The notes beneath the pieces were generated by a model. The model ran no database searches. It saw only the letters and a program-made list of their open reading frames with translations, and was not told where the DNA came from. Below, piece after piece: positions 1 to 14,189 of a stretch of 64,000 nucleotides of DNA. The stretch is from Lama guanicoe. Taxonomy: Eukaryota. The translations under genes were made by a program, and so were the position numbers. The stretch is from NCBI GenBank assembly GCA_013239625.1, contig MU054400.1:1533146-1597145 (forward strand), in the 5' to 3' direction. How positions within the stretch are numbered: the first letter of the stretch is position 1; every line of letters starts with the position of its first letter.

Positions 1-3000
1 AAACTGCTGTAAGATATAAAAATCTATTTTAAAAAAGTCTGTTTGAAGGCAGTACTAAAGCAGTGAGAAATTATGGGGCTATGACTCAGGTGAGAAGGGA
101 AGTTGGCAGATGGGAATCTGACATTTGGGGTTATTCTTCCCCTTAAGGCTACTGTCAATGATAAGAGCTAAGAGGCTGAAATGCTGACCATAAAATTCAA
201 CAGATTCATAAAACAAAAGAAACAAGAATTGGAATTCCAGGCTTGATAAGGAGTAGGGGCTCTGGTAAATAACACAGACTTCCGGCTGGGACCCTGAAGG
301 GGCCATAGCAATAAGTGTAGTTGGAAACACACAAACCCCCACAGGGACTGAATCCACTTTGAATCCTCTATTCCCTGACTGAACTATGGTAATCTGAAAT
401 TGCCAGTGCCTCTAGCTTAGCTTCCAGCCAAAAGATACCAAAGCCTGATAAGGATAGTATGAGAAGAGAACTTACAAGCTAATCTCATTTATGAACATAG
501 GTTTTACCAGCCTAAACAAAATGTTACCAAACCAAATCCAATGATATGTAAAAACAGTAACACACTATGACTGAACTGGGTTTATTTCAGGAGCACAAGG
601 CAAGTTTAGGATTGAAAAAGCAATCACTACAATTCACACTAAGTGAATTAGGAAGAAAAATTATACAATCAAATTGATAAATATAGAAAAAGAATTTGAT
701 AAAATTAAACATTCATTCATGAATGATAAGCAGTTTCCTCAAACACGGAATAAAAGAAATCTGATAAAGAGTATCTACTAAGCAAACATATCTAAAGGAG
801 ACATGTTGAAAACTCTTCCCCTGAGATAAGGAGTAAGATAGATATGCCTGCTATCACTCTTTATATTCAATATTATATTGGGGGTCCTACCAATGTAATA
901 AGGCATGAAAAAGAGGGAAGAAGTAAGGATCAGAAAGGAGGAAATAAAACAGCCATAATTCACAGATGACTTGATTTGTATGTTGAAAATCCAACAGAAT
1001 TTACAGATAAAACTCTTAGAATAAAAAAGTGAATTTAAAAAGGTTACTAGATAAAAGACCAATATATAAAAATCAACAGAATTTTTATACATTAGCAACA
1101 AAAAATTAGAAAATAAAACTAATACAATTTACAAAGTCACCAAAAATAATCAACCAGGAATAAATCTAACAAAAGATAGGCAAGAGCTCCATGCATAATT
1201 TATAAAACTTTATTCAGAGAAGTTAAAGAAAACTTAAATAAATGAGGAATATACCATGTTCATGTATTAAGAGGCTCAATATCATAAAGATGTCTCCTGA
1301 ATTGATCTATGGTTTCAAAGAAATATCAATCTAAATTCCAGTGATAATCTTTGTGTGTGTGTGAGAAAACTGACAATCTGAGTCAAAAATGTAAAGAAAC
1401 AAAGAAATGTAAAGAACCAAGATTAGCCAAGACAATCTTGAAGAAGAACAAAGGGTATCATTTACCAGGTGTTAAAACTTATTATAAAGCTTACACCTAA
1501 AACTAATACAATGTTATATGTGAATTACTTATCATAAATATACAGTAATCAGATACTGTGACACTGGTGCAAGAATAGACAAAGTGTTACCATGAAACAG
1601 AATAGAGAAAAAAGAAAGTCCTATACATATATAGACACTTGATTTATGACAATGTGGCACTGCAGAACAGTGGAGAAAGGAAGAATCTTTTAAGTAAATG
1701 CAGGTAGGTCATTTGGATATCCTTAGGTTAAAAAAAAAATGAAGCAACCTCTACCTCAAGCTATACTCAAAATTCAACTCCAGATGTACAGTATATCTAA
1801 ATGACAAAAGTAAAACCACATAATAAAGAGTCTGACTCATTTTTTGATGTTTGACTGCTGATGGCTTTTTAAAGCCTCAGCCCTCTCTCTTCCCCTCATG
1901 CCGAATATCTGGGAAACTGATAAGAAAACCTGGTTTCTCTCCTTTGATACTAGTGGGAGATTCAAACCACACAAGGTCCCTGCCCACACATGGGAACCCT
2001 CACTCTGGCCTCAACATCAAATCCACAATAAAAATTCCAAGCCAGTCTCCTTTCTTTGCTTGCTCAGGACTTGCTTTGGGGGCCTGCTCTGCTCTCCCCA
2101 GAGACCTCCCCTATGTGAGCAATAAAACTTCTCATACCCTCTTGACATGTGCCTGTGGCAACATCAGTCTTGACATCAGAGTCACATTTTAGGCTGGGGC
2201 CCCAACCTGTTGCTTGAGGGTAGTCACAACAAATCAGAAGGCTACTAGAATGTAACACAGAAGAATATCTTCATGGCCTTGAGGATAGGGAAAAGTTCTT
2301 CAAAGGGACACATAAAGCACTAACCATAAAGGAAGGTTGGCGCATCAGACCACATTAAAATCAAGATCTTTTGTTCATCAAAAGATACCAGTAAGAGAGT
2401 GGCAAGCAAGCCACAGAAGGGGAATATATACATATATAACATTTAGTCAACAGATGGATTGCATCCATAATATCTGAAGAAAAAATACCTAAATCAATAA
2501 GAAAAAGGCAGACAACCCAGTAGGCAAATGGACAAGAGACTTGAATAGGTGCTTCACAGGAATAGATATCTAAACGGCTGGTTTTCTTTTTTCTTTTTTC
2601 TAAATGGCTGGTTTTCAATCTCACTAGAAGTCACAAAAATATAAATAATTAAAACCACAATGATACACTACTATAGGCCTACCAGAAAGGAGAAATTAAA
2701 AAGGTAAACAATGCCAAGAAATGACAAGGCTCTGGAGCTATTAAAACTCCCATGCATACATGGTAGAAGTGTAAATTGGTACAATCACAATGGAAAACTG
2801 GAAGGATTTATTAAAGATTACCATATGCATTTCCTTATGACCCAGCAATTCTACTCCTAGGTTTATACCCAAGAGAAATGTATATACATGTTCACCAAAA
2901 GACAAAACATACTTGAATGTTCAAAGCAGCATTATTTAAAATAATCTCAAACTAAAAGTAATAAACAAATTTGTCCACCAGTAGAATGGATAGATTGTGG

Positions 3001-3350
3001 TATACTCGTACAATGGAATACTATACAACAATGAAAATGAATAAATTACTCCTACATAAAACAATATGAATAAATCTCACAAAAATAATGTTGAATAAAA
3101 TAACAGATGTTGTATGATTCCATTTATATAAAATTCAAACAGAGATGTTAGAAATCAGAAGAGACGTTACCTTTAGGGAGAAGGGAAGGTGGGAGGTGAT
3201 TAGGAGGGGATACAATAGGTGCTAGTAATGTTCTGTATCTTGAACATAATGGAGGTGGATATTTAGATGTGTTCACTTTCTGCTAATTTATTGAGATGTA
3301 CACTGAAGATTTGTCTATTTTTATGTATGTATGTCATACTTCAAGTGAAC
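1..3350 (+). mobile_element. Old, fragmented LINE-1 (L1M-type; ORF2 remnants and 3' UTR) interrupted by an LTR
   Basis: ORF2-like segments such as cacagatgacttgatttgtatgttgaaaatcc, tatgacccagcaattctactcctagg and caatggaatactat; many stops. Confidence 0.8.
1819..2231 (+). mobile_element. Solo ERV1-type LTR inserted into L1
   Basis: Starts taataaagagtctgactcatttttgatg, has an internal AATAAA (2121) and ends cacaaca; flanked by aacca/aatca (degenerate TSD); the L1 sequence resumes afterwards. Confidence 0.7.
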
Positions 3351-3359
3351 CTTAAATTA

Positions 3360-5160
3360 ACCATGATAATCCAAAGTTGGAATTAAGAAAACAATTCCAC
3401 ATGCACCAGCATAAAAAAGAATACTGAGGAAAAATTTTAGCAAATGAAGTTTAAAATTTATGCTTTGAAAACTATAGAACATTGTTGAAAACTTTAAAAA
3501 TACCTAAATAAATGGTAAGATATCTTATGTACTCAGATTGGAAGATTTAATATTGCCAAAAAGGCAATATTCCCCAAGTTGATTTACAGATTCAACATAA
3601 TCCCTATCAGAATTCCAGCCAACTTCTTTGCATAAATTCATAAGCTGATCCTAAAACCTGTAAGGAAATTCAAGGGATCTAGAATAGTCAAAAGAATCTT
3701 GAAAAAGAATGCAAAGTAGTGTAGAAGACTCACACTTCCTGCTTTCAAAACTTACTATAAACCTACAGTAATCAATACAGCATGGTCATGGTATTAGCAT
3801 AAGGAGATATATATATATATATATATATATATCTCAATGGAATAGAGTTGAGAATTGAGAAATGACTCTCAAATATATGGTCAACTGATTTTTGACAAGA
3901 GTGTCAAAACAACTCAATGGGGAAAAGAATTTTTTCAACAAATGGTACTATGACAACAGGATATCCATAGAAGAGTGAATTTGGATCCCTACCTCATACC
4001 AGATGCAAAATTAACTCCAAATGGATCAAAGACTTAAGAGCTAAAACAATAAAACTCTTAGAAGAAAACATGGGAGAAAGTCTTTATGACCTTGGATTTG
4101 GCAATGTTGTTTTTATATATGATACCAAAAGCATAAACAAAGAAAAAAATACAGAAACTAGTCTTCATCCAAACTGAAAACTTCTGTGTATCAAAGGACA
4201 CTATCAAGAGAATGAAAAGATAACCCAAATAATAGGAGAAATATCTGCAAATCATGTATCTGATAAGAGACTGGTATCCAGAAACATAAAGAACTCCCAC
4301 AACAAAAAGACAAACAACCAAATCCAAAAAATAGGCAAAGGACATGCGTAGACATTTCTTCAGAGAAGATATACAAATGGCAAATAAACATGTGAAAAGA
4401 TGCTCAATAACACTGGTCATCAGAGAAATCCAAATCAAGACCACAGTGAGATACCACTTTGCAACCACTAGGATGGTTATAATAAAAAAGACAGGTAATA
4501 ACTAGAGTTGGTGAGGACGTGAAGAAATTGGAACCCTCATATACTGCTTGTGGTAATGTAAAATGGTGCAGCCACTTTGGAAAACAGCTCCTCAATAAGG
4601 TCAAACACAGAGTTACCATATGACCCATATTCTACTCTAGGAATACACCCAGAGAAATGAAAACATGCCCATACAAAACCTTGTACATGAATGTTCACAG
4701 CAACATTACTCGTAATAGCCAGAGGCAGAAACAACCCAAATACCCATCAACTGGTGAGTGGATAAACAAATGTGTTACATGTCCACATAATGGAATATTA
4801 TTCAGCCATAAAAGAATGAACTACTGATATGTGCTACAAGGAAGAACCTTTCAGATGTTCTGCTTAGTTAAAAAAGCCAGTCTCCAAAGACCAATATTGT
4901 TGATTATATTCACATTAAATGTCCAAACTAGGCAAATTTATACATAAAGTAGATTAAGTGAATGCCTAGGGTTGGGGGATGGGAAGGTTGAGGGGTGATG
5001 ATTAAATGATACGGGGTTTCTTTCGGGGTGATGAAAATGTTCTTAAATTGAGAGTGGTGATGGTTGCCTAACTCTGTGAATATACTAAAAACTGCTGAAT
5101 TTTACTCTTTAATTGGGTGAATTATATGGTATGTGAATTACATCTCAATAAAGCCATTAC
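3360..5160 (+). mobile_element. LINE-1 3' portion (L1MB-like) with an internal (AT)n at 3807-3832
   Basis: ORF2 3' end followed by a 3' UTR ending gtgaattacatctcaataaagc. Confidence 0.85.
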
Positions 5161-5548
5161 CAGAAATCCAATTCTCATGAGTTTTTTCCCCTAGGCCTAA
5201 TTAAGAATATTTTTAAAATGATTTAAGACAAAAAAACAATTACTACATGCTATTTTTTAAAAAGTCCTTATTATCTTTTCAAAACCAAAATAGATCCTTA
5301 CATTTAAGATAATTTAGGAATAGTCTCACCTGAACAATGAGATGGATTTGAGCTCCTTCAACAATTTTTTTGAACTTAAAAATTCCATATACAAGAACAA
5401 GAAGACTTTTTCTACCAAAAAGCACTGAATGATTGGTTAACAAAAATCAAATAAGGTGAATATACAAGTAAAAAGCATCTTGTGTCAACTTTTTAATAGC
5501 AGGTTAAGAAACCTACAAAGTAGCTTAATCTTTTATTACTGCCCTGTA

Positions 5549-6052
5549 TGTATTATAAGGCCTAAAGTTTCATGTGCTGCCTTGACATCTTTGAGCCTTA
5601 CAGGGTCCCAAAGGCCCAACCATGAGTTCTACTCTTGCCAGATATGCCCCTCACCCAGTGGGAAAGGTCCCCTACTCACTAGTTTCCCTGTCAGCTGGAC
5701 CAGCTGCACCTCACCCATCCTCAGCCTAATGGGTTTTACCTCCCAGCAGCCTGTGGAATTATTCATACAAACCAATCACATCCTCCCGTGGGAACCAAGA
5801 GTCACCTCACCTTCTTGTTACTGTAAAGCCTACCTCCTACCGCCCGTTTGTTCAGTTTATTCCCGAGAGCAGCCCAGTATGGCACTACATGGTGTTTTGT
5901 GTCCTCCTCCTCGGGCTGTGAATATATGTGATTAATAAACTGCTGTCAATTGCACGGGTTCCGTGTCAGGTGTCATGCATTTTTTCGCCATCCCCAGAAC
6001 CTTAGGATGGGACTCCCCCACACCGACTGGATGAAGAGGAAGTGAACAGAAT
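5549..6052 (+). mobile_element. Solo ERV LTR (ERV1-like)
   Basis: TG start, CCAAT, aataaactgctgtc poly(A) signal and LTR-like U5. Confidence 0.6.
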
Positions 6053-7099
6053 ACTTTATCTCCTACCCAATCAGCTCCTGCTTCCTGCATTTGCTGTCAC
6101 TTTTTTGTTGCTGCAACATTTTTCAGTCTCCCACTAGCCTGACTTCTTGCCCCAGACAAAATCATCAAAGTCAGCAAACTTGGCACCAGTTCCAACCAAT
6201 GCACCAAATAACCCATCGTTACTGTCATCCCTCTAAGACATTAAAACCATCTGCTGCAAACTCTTCTACAGGAACTTACCCAGCCCTTGCTCCTATCCCC
6301 AAGCTGAGGAGTTAGAGCCAAAGACAATCTTATGCCTTTTTTGCAGAATAGGCCTTTAGTACAGCTTTATTTATTGATACGGTACCACCGATGGAGGGTG
6401 CTTGTGTGGACAGGACAGTGGGATCAGTGTCTTCCTAAACAAGGGCACATTCACGTAATGAACACACTGTCATTTTTAATGATGTGGGCACGGACCTCCA
6501 CATTTGCCTTTCCTGCCTCATGGTTTATAGTGAACCATGGAGGGCTACACAACTGTAAAGGATTCAGAGTCAACCTTTTCTAGAAAACTTGCTAGAGCCA
6601 GACCCTGCTTCCATGATAATGCTACCACATCACAATTATTGCTATAACAGAATTTCTTCAGGGAACCCCACAGTTACTGATCCACATGTACGATGGGTCA
6701 TATCATAGCTCCATAAAGAAAAATCCAGACAGGCCAGTGCTGTGATTTTCTCCCTCCACATAAGCCTTACACGAGAGTTTTGCTGTGTCTCATTCTTAGA
6801 AAATACTAGCGAACATCTTAGATGTCCCAGGTGCTAGGGACAGAGAGGCATGGTTGCTGCTATTCAGAAGCAACGTTTTTATATGTGAGCATTTTTATTA
6901 GTGCCCAAGAGCTAAGCTGAACAGGAAGCCTCAGCCATGTCAAGCAGCAAGACCACCAGCACTCATACAGCAAGTCACTACACTATGCAGAAGTGTAGCA
7001 GGTATCACTAGATGGTAGCCAGAGGCACTAGAGGGCAGCACCTAGCCACCCAATGAGTCCTGAGGATTCAGTGACAGGAACTTTTAAAAGGTCATCTAT

Positions 7100-8160
7100 T
7101 CTACAAAGGAAATCATCGGAAAAGAAAAGCCAACCTACTGAGTGGGAGAAAATATCTGCAAATGATATAACTGATAAAGGGTTAATATCTAAAATATATA
7201 AACAGTGCATACAATTCAATGTCAAAACAACTTGATTCAAAGATGGGCAGAAGACCTGAATAGACATTTTTCCAAGTAAGACATACAGATGGCCAACAGT
7301 CACATGAAAAGATGCTCATATTGCTAATCATTAGAGAAATTCGAATTAAACAATGAGATATCACCTTGCACTTGTTGCAATGGGTATCATCAAAAAGTCT
7401 ACAAATAGCAAACGTTGATGAGGATGTGGAGAAAAGGGAACCCTTGTACACTGTTGGTGGGAATGTAAATTGGTGTAGCCACTATGGAAACAGTGTGGAG
7501 GTTCCTCAAAAAACTAAAAATAGAACTATCATATAATCCAGCAATTCCACTTTTGGGTATATAGCCGAAGAAAACGAAACACTAATTTGAAAAGATACAT
7601 GCACCCCAATGTTCATAGCAGCATTATTTACAATAGCCAAGATATGGAAGCAACCTAAGTATCCATCAACAGATGAATGGATAAAGAAGATGTAGCATAC
7701 ACACACGCACACACACGCATAACGCAATACTACTCAGCCATAAAAAGAACAAAATTTTGCCATTTGCAATAACATGGATGAACCTGGAAGATATTACGCT
7801 TAGTAAAATAAGTCAGGCAGCAAAAGACAAATACTGTATGTTATCATTTATATATGGAATCTAAAAAATAAAATGAATGTATGTAACAAAACAGAAACAG
7901 TCTCACAGACATAGAGAACAAACTAGTGGTTACCAGTGGGGAGAGGGAAGCAGGGAGGAGCAAGGCAGGGGTAGGGGATTAAGAAATACACGCTACTATG
8001 TTTAAAATAAATAAGCTACAAGGATATACTGCACAGCACAAGGAATGTAGCCAATATTTTATAGTAATTTTAAATGGAGTATAATCAATACAAATTTTGA
8101 ATCACTATGTTGTATACCTAAAACTAACAGAATATTGTAAATCAACTCTACCTCAAAAAA
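7100..8160 (+). mobile_element. LINE-1 3' end (L1MA9/artiodactyl-type)
   Basis: [14 protein letters not shown]2 peptide; 3' UTR gaacaaactagtggttaccagtggg; ends in an A-run. Confidence 0.88.
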
Positions 8161-10759
8161 TAGGTGAATGCATACTTTGTACCATACACTTGGATAAACT
8201 TCAACAGAAGATTTAATTTTAAAAATCATACATAACAAGTTCACACATAAAAATACTAGAAGAGTACATGGAATTCTTCTTTTAGAACCTTGGAGAGAGG
8301 GAAGTCTAGTTAAGACTATGAAACCATAAAATAAGGGATTAATATATTCTACTACATAGAATAACTTCTGAACGGCATAATACACCATAAAGAAAGCCAA
8401 AAGACAATACAACCTGAAAAAAGTAGCAAATCTTATTACAAAGGCTAATCTCCTTTATACATGAAGAGTACCTACCAACCCAGTAGAAATATTAGCAAAG
8501 GACAGACAGTCCATAGGAAAAGAAATATCAAAGACTTTTAAAAATACAAAAAGATGCTCAAACTTACTCATAATAACATAAACGCAAATTAAAATCACAT
8601 CACAAAATCCAGATTTACAAAATTCAAAAGTTTGACAGTACATTCTTCTGGCAAGTTGAGAAGAAACCAACGCTTCAGTCTCTTACTTTGCCTATGGGAT
8701 TGCAAAATACTAAACACCTATGGAGAACAATTTTAGAAATATTTATTATAAATTGCAAATACATTTTCTCTTTGACGTAACAATTAAAACTCTGGGAATT
8801 ACTCTTAAATTCTGTCTTGGCAATAGCTTTTCAGAGGACCCAGACTAACACATACCCTTTCTGTGGGAAACCTGGAAAAAGTAAGAATATATATCCATAT
8901 GTGCTTGTATTACATAAAAATATATGAGAAGTGTATAGAAGAAAATAAGTTAAGAGGAGTAATAGAAATGGGATAATGGTAATGGGCTAGGTGGAAAAGG
9001 GGAGAGAGTAAAACTGTGAAGGCATAATTTATGCAAAAATAAATTTAAAATGTTCCTTTGGTAGTGCTTAGAGGAAGATTTCTTTTTTAAACTTTCTACT
9101 GTGAAATTATTATAGACTCATGGGAAACTGAAGATAGCACAGAGGTCCCATGTATCCTTCCCCAATTTCTCCCAATGGTTATGTTTTACATAGCTATGTT
9201 AACATAGCAAAACCAGGAAACTGACACTGATACAATGTGTGTGCATGGTTCTAAGCCACTTTATCACATATGTAAATTTCTGTGACCACCACTATTATCA
9301 AGGTACAGAACTATCCCATCATCACAAAGAACTAGGAGAAAGATCTTGATTGTACATTACAGAGGAAAGAGTGTTAGGAATTAGACCTGAACCTATGGCT
9401 CAAACTCAGAATGACTTGGTTTAAAGAAAGCATTTTGTGTTAAATCTCTCCAATGTTAAGGTTGGCTGAGGCTCTAGTCAAATAGATCAATACTATGTCC
9501 TCATCCTCATTCTCATTCTGAGATTAGCTGAGATATGGTAGGATCTGAGATAAAAAGCTATACTTTTTTCTGGAAATTCATCAGGATAATCACCATTAAA
9601 TAATACCAGGTGCTAATTGCCAAGAAAGCTAATTTCATAGCTGATCCTCAATTCTGAACATTAAATCAGCCTTAAATTACTAGATTTCAGCTCAAATTTC
9701 AGTATTTATGTAAGAGCCAGTTATAATGAATTAAGTTAAACCCTATAAGAGACTGATACCTAGGATCAGTCAACAACACATAAAGGCCTTGCTGATGGGA
9801 ATGTAAACTTGCAACAACTCTTTAGGAGAGAAACGTGGCTATGAATATCAAAGGTTTATAAATGTGCCAATTTTTTGACTCAATAATTCCACTTCTAGGA
9901 ATTTATCTTAAGGAAACAATTAAGTGTATATAAAAAAATTTGTTACCTGGTATGATCATCAAAAGAAATCATTAAAGGGTACTAGACTACATTCACTTAA
10001 TGCAAAAGAAGGTAGTAAAGAGGAAAAGAACAAAAAAGACTTGAGACACAGAAAAAACAAATTCAAAATGGCAGACATAAATCTAACCATATCAGTAATA
10101 ACATTAAATGTGAATGGACTGTGTAATAGTATCTTAAATGAAAGAAAGATGACTCCATGGCCCCCCTGTTTGATTTGGCTGCCCACTACACAACCTCAAA
10201 ACGTAACTCAAAAAATAAACTTACTGTCCTGATGGTGAGTAAGCTTTTCTGTTTCACTTTGACCTTAACTCATCCAAAAAGCCTCCTTCTCAAATGGCTT
10301 GTCTACAGTCTCCTGGTATCAGAATTCTAACAGGTCCCTGATTCAACATGAACAAACCCTTGTTCTCCCACCTAAATGTCCTACTCTTTCAGTGTATTTC
10401 TTCACTGCATCTCAGGGGACACGCATATCCCATGGCCTAGCAGTGAGCCATCTAAAAACATTACCTATTTTTCAAGCATAAACCAGGCTACAAAAGAGGC
10501 CCCTGAAGAATCTGGAGTATGTTCAACTTGCCAGTCAAGAACTACATTCTAGGTGGTGACACATATTAGCATCAACTCAGTTGGACGTGTATTAAAGACT
10601 CTCTGCCAAAAATACCCTAGGGAAAACTGGAGTAAAGAACAGATCTTTTAGAACACTTGATATGTTCCAGACGAAAATCTTTTTAGATATACCAAGAGGT
10701 ATTGAGTCAAAGTGTAACTTCTTAGTGGGGAAGTCATATCTTACTGACTTCCAAAAGGA

Positions 10760-11255
10760 AAAGACATGAAGGAAACTTAAATGCATATTACTAAGTGAAA
10801 GAAGCCAATTTGAAAAGGCTACATATGCATGATTCTAACTTTATGACATTCCATAAAAGGTAAAACTATGGAGACAGTAAAAAGATCAGTGGTTGTCAAG
10901 GGTTAGGAAGGAGGCAGCAATCAATAGGCGGAACACAGAGGGTTTTCAGGGCAGTGAAAGCACTCTGTGTGATACTATAGTGGTGGATAAGTGTCATTAT
11001 ACATTTGCCCAAACCCACAGAATGTACAATACCAAGAGTGAATCTTTATGTAAATGATGGCCTCTGGATGATGACGAGTCAATGTAGGCTCATCAACTGT
11101 AAAGAATGTACCACTCTGGTGGGGAATGTTGATAATGTGGGAGGACGGGTGAGTGGTGGGGGGCACAGAGGGTAAAGGAGAAATCTCTGTGCCTTCCACT
11201 CAGTTTTGCTGTGACACCTAAAATGGCTTTAAAAAAAATCAAGTCTATTTAAAAA
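10760..11255 (+). mobile_element. LINE-1 3' UTR (L1MC-like)
   Basis: aaatgcatattactaagtgaaagaagccaatttgaaaaggctaca ... gaaatctctgtgccttccactcagttttgctgtga. Confidence 0.8.
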
Positions 11256-11944
11256 AACCATCTGGCGAGCATTCTGCACTCAGCACATTCTGAATCAGTT
11301 AAGAGGTCAGAGTTAGGTCAGAAAAAAGCAAAGGGGTGAGATATGGAATGTGAAGACAGGAGTTGAAAAGGGAGCCAAGACTTGTTTCCTTTGAAACTAA
11401 GCAGTTTGGGAGCATGAAGCATGAGTGGTTCCATTATTCTAGTGGGTGTATCAAGTAGGGTCACCAATCCCATCAGACTGTCAATACTAAAAGGGCCTTC
11501 CTCAAAGAAAATGCCTTAGGATGACGAGATGGCCAGAATGCCATCTGCAGTTGAAATAGGCGCCTTTTACACTCTCTTTAGTCAGTAAGGATTGGCTCCT
11601 TATAGGAGACCTTTTAAGTACTAAAACAAGATATATATTTTAGTGCTGTTGTAGACCCTTAAGTACTGTAAGATAAACATTTTAGTACTGGGGAAGAACA
11701 CGATATATAGTCCAATGCAGTGATATATGGCATTAGTATGCATTCTCTTGATAAAATTCCCCTAAGATTTCCCTGATAATGCATCCTTACACAGCTGCTG
11801 TGAGAAATCTCTTAGATTTTTTTTCCACAGATGCTGAAAGAGATGTTTTATCTTTCCCCTGGGGTTGGTAAACTGGGATGACATAATCCTGAACTATCTG
11901 TAGCCATGTTTCTACTGTCCCAGCTTGGCAAAATCCAGGCTCAG

Positions 11945-12445
11945 TGGGAGTAATATTAAAGAAAAAAGTTATTCCTGATACTTGTTACAGAATGTTAAGG
12001 CAGGCTTTATTCAGGGGTACTATCAAATAGGTTTGGGAACCACTACAATTGGGTTTTGCAGCAGGGGAGAGAGATTGGGCTCAACTCCAAATATAACAAG
12101 GAAAAGTGGGAATTTATAGCCAAGGAGTAGGATAGGGGTCAGTGGATGGAAAATTACTAAGAGGAAACATCACGGCCAGACAGGGATTCTGGCTAAATCA
12201 ACTTGACAGGATTCTTGCTGAAAGCAGGCCAGGGAGATCAGACATCACCTGGGGGTTGGTGGAAGATGAGGAAATCAAGGAGATCACTGAGGGTGATTAG
12301 ATACCAAGGATGGGAGATTCTGGCTAAAATGACTTAGTAGAATTCTTGCTAAAATAGGACAATGCAGGGAAGAACATGGAAGCCCAAAAGTCAGGGCTTA
12401 GTTGAGGAGAGTTCAGTCCAGAAGAGTTAGGAGAGACTCTGTCAG
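11945..12445 (-). mobile_element. ERVL-type LTR (MER76-like) nested in an older LTR fragment (~11780-12620)
   Basis: gagagattgggctcaactcc...gggaatttatagccaagg...ggattcttgctgaa motifs recalled from MER76. Confidence 0.6.
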
Positions 12446-13072
12446 TGAAAAGGGTCACGAAGAGAATATCAGATCCAAGACTGGAGAGAAATTATATTTT
12501 TTGAGTACCTGAACTCGGCCCCATCCCTGGACTTCACAACTTCCTTTTAAATGAACTAATAAATGTATTTTCTTCCCTCACACTTGTGTGAATTGAGTGT
12601 CTGTCATTTGCAAATCAAAGACAGCTTATTTATCTGAAGAGGTAATTGATACGATGAATACGTTTGAGGTGATGGAAGAAGATTTAAAGCAGCGAGTTAA
12701 CAACAAACCAAGAAAGTCTACATTTCCAAGCTAACACATCATCATATAGAATATATAAACTTTCCATATACCATCCCTATTATATCCTCAGGTCTATAGG
12801 GCTAAAGAGGATATTATATAAAGGACATAGAAATGTTTGTGAAATTAGGATTCCAGCACCAAACAACTAGGTAATCTTGGGCAATATGGCTGACACTTAT
12901 TAAATATATTTCATTCCAGGCATTATGCTAAGTGCTTTATATGCATTATTTAAATTTATCCCTATTTCACAGATGAAGAGACTGAGACTCAGAGATATTA
13001 AGAAACTACCTTCAAGGACAGATAAAATATCTACTAATTACAGTTTTGGGATCTGAACATAGATTTCTCCAC

Positions 13073-14146
13073 AGCAAAGGAAACCATAAGTAAAACAAAA
13101 AGACAACCTACAGAATGGGAGAAAATCTTTGCAAATGAAACCGACAAAGGTTTGATCTCTAGAATATATAAGCAGCTCATACGGCTTAATAAGAAACAAC
13201 CAAGCAACCCAATCCAAAGATGGGCAAAAGACCTGAACAAGCAATTCTCCAAAGAAGACATACAAATGATCAATAAGCACATGTAAAAATGCTCAATATC
13301 ACTAATTATCAGAGAAATGCAAATCAAAACTACAATGAGGTATCACCTCATACCAGTAAGAATGGCCATCATTCAAAAATCCACAAATGACAAATGCTGG
13401 AGAGGCTGTGGAGAAAAGGGAACCCTCCTACACTGCTGGTGGGAATGCAGTTTGGTGCAGGCACTGTGGAAAACAGTATGGAGATTCCTCAAAAGAGTAG
13501 GAATAGACTTACCATATGACCCAGGAATCCCGCTCCTGGGCTTATATCCAGAAGGAACCCTACTTCAGGATGACACCTGCAGCCCAATGTTTATAGCAGC
13601 ACTATTTACAATAGCCAAGACATGGAAGCAGCCTAAATGTCCATCAATGGATGACTGGATAAAGACATGGTATATTTATACAATGGAATACTACTCAGCC
13701 ATAAAAACCGACAACATAACGCCATTTGCAGCAACATGGATGCTCCTAGAGAATGTCATTCTAAGTGAAGCCAGAAAGAGAAAGAAAAATACCATATGAG
13801 ATCGCTCATATGTGGAATCTAAAAAACAAAAACAAAAAAACAAAGCATAAATACAAAACAGAAATAGACTCATAGACATAGAATACAAATTTGTGGTTAC
13901 CAAGGGGGTGGAGGGTGGGAAGGGATAGACAGGATTTTAAAATTGTAGAATAGATAAACAAGATTATACTGTAAAGCACCAGGAAATATACACAAGATCT
14001 TATGGTAGCTCACAGAGGAAACAAAATGTGACAATGAATATATATATGTTCATGTATACCTGAAGGATTGTTCTCTACACTGGAATTTGACACAACACTG
14101 TAAAATGATTATAAATCAATAAAAAATGTTAAAAAAAATAAATAAA
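13073..14146 (+). mobile_element. Young 5'-truncated lineage-specific LINE-1 inserted into a MIR
   Basis: Near-intact ORF2 C-terminus ([11 protein letters not shown]...HCWWEC...), poly(A) tail, and flanking repeats tgaacatagat(t/c)tctccac at 13054-13072 and 14147-14165; the MIR continues on both sides. Confidence 0.92.
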
Positions 14147-14189
14147 TGAACATAGATCTCTCCACTCCAGAACACATGCACTTAAAAAA

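Noticed and set aside
13317..13799. 160-aa ORF with a zinc-knuckle-like HCWWEC motif
   Set aside because: It is the C-terminus of L1 ORF2 in a 5'-truncated element, not a host gene.
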